In this document: in pieces, positions 45,914 to 55,077 of the stretch | Layout of the letters: the number at the start of each line of letters is the position of its first letter | How positions within the stretch are numbered: the first letter of the stretch is position 1 | DNA from: Hyaloraphidium curvatum SAG 235-1 | Lineage: Eukaryota > Fungi > Monoblepharomycota | Length of the DNA: 64,000 nt | Reading direction: 5' to 3' | NCBI GenBank assembly: GCA_025558095.1 | Contig: JAIVFI010000022.1 | Coordinates: 496,001 to 560,000 of the forward strand | Notes under the pieces: generated by a model | What the model saw: only the letters and a program-made list of their open reading frames with translations | Told to the model about the DNA's origin: nothing | Databases searched by the model: none | Program-made: the position numbers and the translations under genes

Positions 45914-45990
45914 TTTTGCGCACGAAGGAGAAACGGTGATCGCTGAAGTCAGCCGCGCCGCCGCCGCCTTTCTCATAACTCGTCGGCGCC

Positions 45991-46872
45991 ATGGGAACGT
46001 TGGAGATCTTTTACTCGCTCAACGAGGGCTCCGAGCCGCCCGTTGGCTTTCGCGAGGTGTTGGACGCGTCGGCGTTCGCAGGCAACGAGTCGGCCATGGA
46101 GGCGCATTGTCGGTCGCGCGGCGAAGCACTGGTCAAGACGCACGCGAAGGAATGCCATGAGTGCCGCAAGCAAGCTTCGGAGAGGGCCGTCGTGAGCTCC
46201 AGGCTCGGCAGCGTTCCGGCGTTTGTGGTCGTTGTTGCCGTCTGCGGGGAGGCCGCCTGTGCAGAGAAGGCGCGAGCGACGCTCGACCTTCGTGCCCCTC
46301 AGAACGGAACGTATCCGGTGAAACTCGTCATGCGCGTCGCAACGTCGTGGCCGGCCGACGTCGCGAGCCCCGTGCTCGAGGAGGCAACTGTGCCTCAAGA
46401 GATCTTTGTTCCCGAGAACGCAATGGTCGGCGGCACAGGTCACGACCACATCTTTTCCAGGGTCGAGACGCAAGTCAGACCGATTCTGGATCAAGAAATG
46501 CGGCGCCGGCACCTACCTTGCCTCGCTTGCGGCAAGCAGAGCTCGATCTATCTCGGGGACATCAACCTCACCGCGGAGTCGTGGCCACCGATGCTTCGTT
46601 GGAACGCCGTCCCATCGTGCTCCAACGTTTCTTGCCTGCAAGCTCTGAAGAAGCGGATCAAGGGATGGACGAAGCGAAACGAAGAGGAGAGCAACCTTCC
46701 AACCGTGACTGGTAGATCCTGCGGGGCCTGCGGGCAGTTGTCGATGAACAAGAAGGACTTCCAGAGATGCTCGCGCTGCAAGCTCGTGTTGTACTGCTCC
46801 AAGGCCTGTCAGGCGAAGGACTGGCCCGAGCACAAGAAGATGTGCCGGCCCCGCAAGGATCCCATGAACTAG
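45991..46872 (+). CDS. MYND zinc-finger protein with two tandem CxxC...CxxxxC modules (pair B)
   Basis: ECHEC..VCGEAAC, PCLAC..SCSNVSC, CGACG..FQRCSRCKLVLYCSKACQAKDWPEHKKMC. Paralog of 32427-33335. Confidence 0.9.
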   Translation: MGTLEIFYSLNEGSEPPVGFREVLDASAFAGNESAMEAHCRSRGEALVKTHAKECHECRKQASERAVVSSRLGSVPAFVVVVAVCGEAACAEKARATLDLRAPQNGTYPVKLVMRVATSWPADVASPVLEEATVPQEIFVPENAMVGGTGHDHIFSRVETQVRPILDQEMRRRHLPCLACGKQSSIYLGDINLTAESWPPMLRWNAVPSCSNVSCLQALKKRIKGWTKRNEEESNLPTVTGRSCGACGQLSMNKKDFQRCSRCKLVLYCSKACQAKDWPEHKKMCRPRKDPMN

Positions 46873-47038
46873 ACAGTGATCACGGAAACGACTCTGGACT
46901 CATGGCGCATATCAACAGGGAGAGCGGCGGATGTGATGGCGTGACCAATAAATGCAGAAGGCCTTGGCCGTGTTGAGCTCCCGATCGCGGATACATGGAG
47001 TCCTTTTCGTCCAATGTCGCGTCACTACGAGCTTCGGC

Positions 47039-48002
47039 CTACAGCTTGCCCGTTTTTCGCGCCGCGTTGCGCGCTGAAATCATGCGCAATCAGAGACTGT
47101 CTGTGGTGGACCGACAGGACGCGCACGTACCCTTCAATTCCACCAAATACGTCTTGGTCCTTTCCTTCGGCGCCCCCGAGGCAAACCTCTCCGCAAGCGC
47201 GGTCATGGCTTCGACGACGGCCCGCTTCCTCTTCTCCCGGAGCGGGTCGGCCATCAGCTTCTTGGCCAGCAGCACGGAACCAGCGTCGTTGGCGTCCAGC
47301 TTTTCGGTCAGGTACCCCAGCACCTTGTCCATGAACCCGGCGGCCGGAAGCACAAAGTTTGCGAGCCCCAGGCGCTCCATGGTCTCGGCATCCATCCTGT
47401 CGCCCCACACGATGTAGGGCACCGCGCGGCGCCAGCCCATCGATTCCGGAAAGATGGACGCGATCCCTCCCTCGGGAGCGACGGCCAAGCGGCTGAACGG
47501 GATCACCATGGAGGCTTCGGTGGAGGCGATGACCATGTCCGCGACGCCGAGGAACCAGGCGGCTGCGAGGTTTGAGCTGAGTCAGATCCACGACGACTCG
47601 CGGCCTCGGCGGGGACTCCAAACCTCCGGCACCTGCCGAGGGACCATTCACGGCCATCACGAGAATCTTCCGATGGTCCACCATGTCCCGGATCACGTCG
47701 ATGGCCGTCGCGAAGCGCGTCACCCAGAACTCGCGCGCCGCGCTCTCGTCCAACCCCTCGGGGGTCGACGCCGCCAGCGACGGCAGGTCCGTCACGTCCG
47801 CGCCCGAATTGAACCCGCGGCCGTTGCCGGTCACCACCGTGACCACGGTGTCGGGGTCGCGGTCGAACGCGCGGAGGGCGCGCTTGTACTCCGACATCAT
47901 GGAGCCGCCCATCGCGTTGAGCGTCCGCGGGCGGTTGAAGCGGATGACCCCGATGCGGCCGCCGGCCGCGGTGCCGACCTCGATGTCCTTGTAGTCCGGC
48001 AT
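47039..48002 (-). CDS. Crotonase-fold enoyl-CoA delta-isomerase (peroxisomal ECI-like), PTS1-like GKL
   Basis: IRFNRPRTLNA, VVTGNGRGFNSGAD, AVNGPSAG, PFSRLAVAPEGG. Two introns. Spliced end ..KARNAARKTGKL*. Confidence 0.9.
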
Positions 48003-48089
48003 TTCGGAGTGAGGGGGCGTGGGAGACAGCATCAAGCGTCACGCTTGCGAAAGCAGCCCATCGCGCCACATCAGCGTTCCTTTCCCGCG

Positions 48090-48992
48090 ATGGAGGGCCC
48101 CGAAGTTGCCATAGACGTTCTCGATAGGCGATTTGAGAGGCCGTTCACGGTGTTCGAGGACGTGGCGCCGCTGCTGGAAGTCGTTCGGACGACCGCGAAC
48201 GCGGAAGCCGCAGAGGCGTCGATGCGGTCGCGCGTCGAAGCGGCGGTCCGCAAGTACGCCCGAGCATGTTACGTTTGTGGCGTAGAACCCGTATCGGAAT
48301 GCTGGAGCACGCTCATCTTTGCGGACAAGTCTCCTCGGTTCGTCGCGGTCGCTCTCTGCGAGAGAGCTTCTTGCCGGAACGAAGTGAAACGCATCCTGAG
48401 AGACGCGCCCGACGACCATCCGTTGCGAAGAGCTACGCAGAACGAAATCTACTCAATTGTGCTCTGCTCTCGCGTGTGCACGTCTTGGCCTGACGACTCG
48501 CTTGAGCCCTGCTTTAGCGAAAGCACCCTCGAACGCAAATTCCCGGTTCCCGGCCTCATGATGTTGGCGGAAGACAAAAGGCTCGCCATGCAGCTTCTCA
48601 AGCCTGATCTGCAAGCCATTGCCGAAGAGCTCTTTTATGCGCGACCCCGCAAGTGCTTGGGCTGCGGAGGAAAAGCAGTTGCGTACAAGGATCATTCTGA
48701 CCTAATGAGTGGAGATCCCTGGGTCTATCGATGGAGCTTGTTCCCAACGTGCTTGGCCTGCGCTACTACGATCACGAAGAAGGCAAACGCGTGGCAAAAC
48801 CACTACGATGCCGCCCGAAACTTAAACGTCAGCTTTACCTACTATTGCGCAACCTGCGGGGCTCATTCGCTCGACAAGGCACAGTTCCAGAGGTGTTCCC
48901 GTTGCAAACGTCGCCACTTCTGCTCCAGGGACTGCCAGGAGAAGGACTGGCCTGAGCACAAGAAGACTTGCAAGCCGCAAACGGACTCGTGA
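48090..48992 (+). CDS. MYND zinc-finger protein, same family as 32427 and 45991
   Basis: ACYVC..LCERASC, KCLGC..TCLAC, YCATCG..FQRCSRCKRRHFCSRDCQEKDWPEHKKTC. Confidence 0.9.
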   Translation: MEGPEVAIDVLDRRFERPFTVFEDVAPLLEVVRTTANAEAAEASMRSRVEAAVRKYARACYVCGVEPVSECWSTLIFADKSPRFVAVALCERASCRNEVKRILRDAPDDHPLRRATQNEIYSIVLCSRVCTSWPDDSLEPCFSESTLERKFPVPGLMMLAEDKRLAMQLLKPDLQAIAEELFYARPRKCLGCGGKAVAYKDHSDLMSGDPWVYRWSLFPTCLACATTITKKANAWQNHYDAARNLNVSFTYYCATCGAHSLDKAQFQRCSRCKRRHFCSRDCQEKDWPEHKKTCKPQTDS

Positions 48993-49078
48993 GAGCAGGG
49001 CAGATCGGAATTGGGAAGGGAGTGCAAATGAAAGGCAGAGATAACAATGAGACACCAACGACCGTGTTGAAAGAAGCC

Positions 49079-50553
49079 TTACGCAACCGCTCCTCCGTCC
49101 CCACCCGGGGCCCCTCCCGCATCACCTCCCGCATCCCCGCCCACCCCGTCCCCGTGGCCCCCCAAGTCCGCCCCCGGCGCCAGCCCCAACCCCGGCTGCG
49201 GCTGCGGCACGATCGGCGGCATTCCCCACCCCAACCCGGGATCCACGGCCCCCTCCCTCAGCGGCGCGTCCGCCCCCGGTACCTCGATGTACACCCCACC
49301 CCCCGCGCCCAGACCGACCTCCCCGTCCTGCAGCCTGATCCGGCCGCCGGTGAAGCACGGGAACCATTCCAGCACCGAGGAGAGGGAGGGGCAGCGCACC
49401 TCGAAGCCCTCCCACACGTCGTCGTCGTCCTCGTCGTCCATGGGCGGGGGAATGCCGGTCGCGGGGCGCTTGCAGACGGGGCAGGTGCGGCGTCGCCGGA
49501 GCCAGGGATCTGTGGGGACCGCATAGCGCCTTGGATCATTGCGTTTGCGACGATCAATGCGGATGGCACCCACCGACGCATTCCGGATGGTACCCGTGCC
49601 CGCACTCGAGCATGCGCACCGGAATGTTGGGCTTGAATTCGTCTAGGCAGATGGCGCACACGTCCTCGGCCTCCTCGTCCGCGGCCGCGAGTGCGGCATC
49701 GCCTGACGGGCCCGCGACGCGCGGGGACCCCGAGCCGCTCGACCCGCTTGGCTGTGGTGCCTGCACGCGACGGGGTTTGTACGGGACCACGGGCAGACCC
49801 TGGATCCCGCGCCATGCGCGCCGGCGGGCGCGCCAGCGTGCCGCACCCGCGAGGCAGGCGAGTGCGCCGAGGGGGAGGAGCACGGAAGCGAGGAGGAGGG
49901 GGAGCAGTTGGAACGGCGGGGCGTTGGGGAACAGGGTGACCTCGAAGTCGCGCGAGGAGGAGAGCAGGCGGAGCTCGCGGTACGAGCCCGCGCCGACAAA
50001 GACGCCGGGGATCGAGACGGCCGAGGTGTCGCCCTCGGCGTACATGGTGACGAGCGCCTCGCGGCGGTCATCGCCGACGACGATGGCTTCGAAGCCCGAG
50101 TCTTGCATTGCGATGAATTTGGCCAGGAACGGGCAGCCGCCGCGGAGCACAAGCGCGATCGGCGGGCGCGGCGTGTTCGGCAGCGAGGTGTTGAGGGGGG
50201 AGCAGCCGAGCGGGGATCCCGACGGGTCGAGCTCGTCGATCGGGAGCAGCACGCCGCGCAGGCCGTCCTCGGGCAGACGCGGGCCGAATGCGGCGATCCT
50301 TTCGGGGCGGGGCGGTCACGCGGGCGGGCGGCGGGGGGAGAACGCGGGAAAAGGCGGGGAAACGCTTGAGTCGCGGATAATAGAAACAACAGAAAGCCGT
50401 TTACCTGTCGTCCCACGTCGTGTTGTCGCCGCCGACGACCGCAAAGACCTCGGCGCGCGCGGGGGCCGCGAACGCGGCCAGGACGGCGAACGCCGTGAGC
50501 GCCGCTCGGGCCGCGCACCGTGCGGAAAGGGCTGCGCCGCGCGGGCGCGCCAT
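49079..50553 (-). CDS. PA-TM-RING-H2 E3 ubiquitin ligase (RNF13/RMR-like)
   Basis: Signal peptide, AAFGPRLP, IALVLRGGCPF..K..Q..G..A.VV.D (PA domain), a TM segment, and CAICLDEF..LECGHGYHPECV|DPWL..TCPVCK. Two introns. Confidence 0.9.
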
Positions 50554-50799
50554 CGTGGGGGACAGCCGGCCGGCGGGCGCGAAGCGGGGGACCGGAATGA
50601 GGCGACGGGGGCGGAGCGGAGCCGATTTTAGGTGGTCGAGCTCTAAGGGTGGGGACTCCTACGGAAAAGGCTAGCCAAAACACCCAGCAGGCCCGAGAGA
50701 CCACAAGCGCCAAGCAGGCAAGTTCTCTTATCATCAGATTGGATTACTTCGTTTCCAGACATAAGCGCGTTGCACATTGGGCAACCCTTCCACCAAGCT

Positions 50800-51710
50800 T
50801 CACTTCTTCTGCGCGGATTCATCGGGCGTCCGGCAAATCTCCTTGTGCTCGGGCCAGTCGGCGCGCTGGCACTCCTTGGAACAGTAGTAGTAGACCTTGC
50901 ACCGGGAGCACCGCCGGAACTGAGCTTTGTCCAGCGTGCGTGCCCCACATGCGGCGCAATAGAACGTGGTCGTCGTAGGCACGCTCCCGTTGGCTTCCCG
51001 CCGCTTCATCCAGCCATGCATACGCTTCGAGATCGAAGTTTGACAGGCCGAGCACGATGGATGGATGTCCGATTCAAACGTCCACGGCCATTCAGTGGTC
51101 TTCAGGGTGAGACTGTCGCTCCATCCATCCGCTTCGCTTCTGCAGCCGAGGCAAGGGCGTGGTTGGCTGTCGTAAACGTCTTCGGCGATCTTTCTCAGCG
51201 CAGGCTTCAGCAGGTCCATGGTCGGTCTTTGGTTCATGTTGAGCATCATGGCCCGGGGAACGGAGAACTCGCGCCAGGGAGTGCAATCACCGAAGACGGC
51301 TTATTCGCGCCGGTTGGCCATGAGGAGCACACGCGGACGCAAAGCATGACGGGGTAGTAGTCATGCGGTGTAGCTTGCAGCGGATGGTCCGGAGAAATCG
51401 AGAGCTCTTTCTCGACTTTGCGGCGGCACGTGTCTTTCCCGCACAGTCCTGCGGCAACGAATGCCGGAGAGCCTTGGTATAGGAACAACCCGCCGACGAA
51501 GTCCACGACGAGGCTCTTGTAGCACGAATGGCACTTTCGGGCATGCTCCATGACCGCCGCTTCGACGCGAGAGCGCATGGACGCCTCCTGCTCCCCCCTG
51601 CTCCCTTTCCGTCGCAAGACTTCCAAGAGCGGTGCCGCATCCTCAATCGCCGTGAATGGCTCCTCAGATGTCCCTGAGGGGACTATGATGGCGATTTTGC
51701 GAGACACCAT
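50800..51710 (-). CDS. MYND zinc-finger protein, close paralog of 48090-48992; apparent -1 frameshift near 51298
   Basis: PFTAIEDAAPLLEV..EASMRSRVEAAV is shared with 48090. One added base gives KPVFGDCTPWREFSVPRAMML, colinear with EPCFSESTLERKFPVPGLMML. The MYND finger is intact. Confidence 0.82.
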
Positions 51711-51828
51711 TGCTGGACAGGAGCGATGATGTGGCGTGGCGCGACTGTTGCCGGCCACGTCATTCACCGATCGGAAACGAAACGCCCTTCCCCGCACCCC
51801 TGCAAAGACTTCCCGACCGCACGACGCA

Positions 51829-52194
51829 ATGAAGGACGACACCACCACCCTTGCCGACTTCCGCGGCGCCGTCAACATGACCACCCCCGAGCTCGAGCAG
51901 TGGCTCGCCACGCCCGAGTCGCTGCGGGTCGGGGACCACCACGGCGACCCCGTGAGCGAATCGACGGGCCACGCGATGGGCAGGCGGATCGTTGAATTGC
52001 TCGGCAAGGAGGACGATAGACGAGGGTGACTTTGCCGACATGCGCAAGGTGGTGGGGTACGTGCACCGGCATCTCGCCAGGGTGGGCCGGCGGAGGGGAG
52101 GGAGGGCTCCAAGTGGTGGTTCAGCCTCATGAACTGGGGGCACGATCCCGAGAAGGACAGATCTGATGAAGGCAGGGAGGGCGCGGATCAGTGA
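51829..52194 (+). CDS. DUF3140-family small protein; two apparent frameshifts (~52018, ~52077)
   Basis: F..AVNMTTPELEQWL.TPES..VG, ESTGH.MGRRIVELL, DMRKVVGYVHRHLA(Q)GGP and KWWFSLMNWGHDP lie across three frames. Confidence 0.8.
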
Positions 52195-52248
52195 CTTGGA
52201 GGGCGTCTTCTTGAGGCTTTACATCGGCTCGCGCCGGGCGCCCCGCAA

Positions 52249-53544
52249 CTAGAGATCGCGCGTGAGAATGATGTAGCCCGAGCTTCTGCTCTCGAAAACC
52301 GTCAGCTTCTTCCCAGCCGTGAGCCTCCTCCACATCTCCCTCTCGGCGGCGTCGTGCCGGCAGGTGGTGCCCCTCACTTGCTCGATGTGCCTCACATAGA
52401 CCGACCCGTAGTCTCTCCGCAGCGCGCTCTCCAGCGCCTCCGACTGCTCCTTCGCCAGCGCGCTTCTGTAGTTGTCGATCACGAGCACCGTGGCTTGGGG
52501 CAGCAAAGAGACCCGAAGGAGGAAATCCGTCTTGCCGTACACCAGCTCCAGCTCCTCCAGGCCGCGGAGGGCGCCCAGCGTCGGCGGAAGTCGCACCGGG
52601 CGACCACGACGCTCCGTGCTGGAAAAAATGGAGAGCGCAGCGGGCCGGAAGAGGGGGTTCTGGAACAGCACGTCGGCGTGCTGGAGGTCACTCCCCTTGA
52701 GGCGCAGCTTCTTGATGGCGGACACCACGCGCGGATACGAAGGGATGCTTTCGAGAAAGGCCCGGATGTGATCGCCCGTGACTCGGAGCTCCAGCGTTTT
52801 GAGGTTCCCGGCGGCCGCGTCGAGCGCCTCCAGCGTGCGGGAGGGATCGGGGGGTGCGCACCCTTCGATCGCGAGGTACTTGACGCTCGGCGGGATGACG
52901 TCCAGAGGAATGAGCTCCGCGGACGAACAAAGCTCGAGTCGCGTCAACTTCATTTTCGAGACGAGTCCGAGGGGAGGAGAGTCGGGCTCGGCAAGGCGGA
53001 GGACCAGGCTGCGCAGTTCCTTGAAGATCGCCAGGGACGAGACGAGCCCCAAGCGCCCCCCTTCCTTTGCGAAGTCAGTGTAGCTGAGCTCCAGGTCGCG
53101 GACCAGGTGGGCGTGCTTTGGGCCGTTCTCGAGGAAGGAGCGCGACGCCACGTTCTTGGAAAGGAGCCGCGAGAAAAGCACCGGGAACGCGAGGTCCATA
53201 GTCAGACGCGACGCGACAGCGCACTCGAGAATGGTCCGTTTGCAGCCCATGGCACCGAGGGCCTTGAAGACCTCGCGGAGGAGTTCCGGCGGGAAAGCCG
53301 GGCGGGCCCCTTTCGTGCGACGGCAGCCGCCTTCGTCGCCGTGGACGCCTGCGTCGCGGCGAAACGGGGTTGACGGTGCGCTTTCATGTTTTGAAGGACA
53401 CGGCGTGAGGTTTCCCAGCCTGAGAGGGGCGATGTGCCGAAGTTTGGTGCCCGCAGGAGAAAGAGGAGCGAGGGGCGCCACCGATCCGGCGTCCCTTCGA
53501 AATCCCCGAGCCACGAACCGCGAGAAGATCGATCCGATCGGCAT
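52249..53544 (-). CDS. F-box-like / RNI-like LRR protein
   Basis: PAFPPELLREVFKAL..CAVASR..DLAFPVLFS F-box-like motif followed by LRxLxL repeats. Intronless. Confidence 0.65.
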   Translation of the reverse strand: MPIGSIFSRFVARGFRRDAGSVAPLAPLSPAGTKLRHIAPLRLGNLTPCPSKHESAPSTPFRRDAGVHGDEGGCRRTKGARPAFPPELLREVFKALGAMGCKRTILECAVASRLTMDLAFPVLFSRLLSKNVASRSFLENGPKHAHLVRDLELSYTDFAKEGGRLGLVSSLAIFKELRSLVLRLAEPDSPPLGLVSKMKLTRLELCSSAELIPLDVIPPSVKYLAIEGCAPPDPSRTLEALDAAAGNLKTLELRVTGDHIRAFLESIPSYPRVVSAIKKLRLKGSDLQHADVLFQNPLFRPAALSIFSSTERRGRPVRLPPTLGALRGLEELELVYGKTDFLLRVSLLPQATVLVIDNYRSALAKEQSEALESALRRDYGSVYVRHIEQVRGTTCRHDAAEREMWRRLTAGKKLTVFESRSSGYIILTRDL

Positions 53545-53664
53545 CCCGCCTTAGATAGAATGTTTCGTCAATGTTATTCACGCTGCTGAGCCGGATGAAG
53601 AGGAGAGGGACATCGTGTTGGCTCAAGGAGTAGAAAGAGAAGCCACCGCCTTCCGACTGCCCGT

Positions 53665-54782
53665 TCAAGCAGTGCCCCACACCTTCTTGAGCTCCTTCGC
53701 CGCCGAGCCCAGCGACGCCATCGCGTCCTCCTTGAAAAACGCAAACTGGTGGATGAAGCCATGCTGCTGCCCGCCAAAGCTCTCAAACAGCACCGGCACC
53801 CCCGCATCCTTGAGCTTCCTCGCGTACGCAATGCCCTCGTCGCACAGCGGGTCCCACCCGGCCACCATCACGTACGCCGGCACCGCGTTGTCTTTGACTT
53901 GGGCGTCCGGTGCGGCCAGGGGCGAGAACCGCCAGTCGGCGCGCGCCTTGTCGTTCCCTGATGCGTAATTGCCCCAAAACCACTTCATCAAGTTCTCGTC
54001 CAGTCCGGCGTTGGACCTCCCGCGGAGGTATGACGGGTACTCCGTGGCGTTCATGCGCTCGGGGCGCCCGTCGACGCAGGGGTACAGCAGGACCTGGTAC
54101 GACAGCTTGCCGGGGAGCTGGGTGTTGTGCAGCGAGACGACGGCGGCGAGGTTGCCGCCGGCCGAGTCGCCGGCGACGGCGATCTTGCCGGGGTCGGCGC
54201 CGAGGGCGGCGGCGGAGGTGAAGGCGTACGAGACAGCCGAGAGGCAGTCCTCGAGACAGGCCGGGAAGCGGTTCTCGGGCGCGAGCCTGCCGAAGTGCAT
54301 CAGTATCGGCATCGGGCCGGTGTTGCCCGGCCGGTTGCTGCCCACCTGTACTCGACCGAAAGCACCGCGCAGTTGGCGAGGTTCGCGAGGTGCCTGCAAA
54401 CGCCGTCGTGCGTATCGACGCTCATGATCACGAAGCCCGAGCCGTGAAAATATACGACGAGTGGCAGCTTTGCGTTTCTGTCCGTCGTGGGCCTGTACAG
54501 CCTGCACTTGACGGTCTTGCCGGTCGGCTTCCCCAGGCCGCCCTCCAGCGCCGGAACCTCGATGTCTTCAACGAACGCGCATTCCACGCCCTTCTGCACC
54601 TCGGCGGTCGGCCCGTCAAACGCGGCGCGCAGCTGGTCGGCCGTCAGTTCCCAGGCGTTCGGGGCGCCTTCCGCGCGCGCCGAGAGCGCGGCGGCCTGCA
54701 GTGCCTCGACGGCCGGGGCCTTGGGCGGCAGCGGGACAGTGGCGGGAATCGCCTCCGACGGCGGGACAACCAGAGTGGCCAT
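53665..54782 (-). CDS. Alpha/beta hydrolase, HSL (GDXG) family esterase/lipase
   Basis: VVYFHGSGFV, SVEYR|LAPENRFPA, AGDSAGGNL, DPLCDEG, QHGF. One intron near 54290-54345. Confidence 0.93.
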
Positions 54783-55077
54783 TGTCGTTGCGGGAGTGGG
54801 TCGCGATTTGGAGTGAACGGGAGACGTTCGGCGTCGCGGTGCCGATCCCCACATCCCTTGCCACCACAATGGATGCGGCGGCCTCGGGACCAGCATTTCT
54901 CACCATCCACTTGGACGATGCCATCTGCGTAGCATCTCGAAGGCAACACTGGCCCGAACGATGTCGATTTGCTTGGGTTGGGTGGCGGGACATGGGTTTA
55001 GCCCGGTCAACTAGGAAATATCGATCAACTCAGGGCCTCAAACCCCGAGCTCCCGAGAGCGCCTGGAGGCCGCCGCG

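Noticed and set aside
47454-48089. Long N-terminal extension of the MYND ORF 47454-48992
   Set aside because: Antisense to the enoyl-CoA isomerase. Paralog alignment places the start at ATG 48090.
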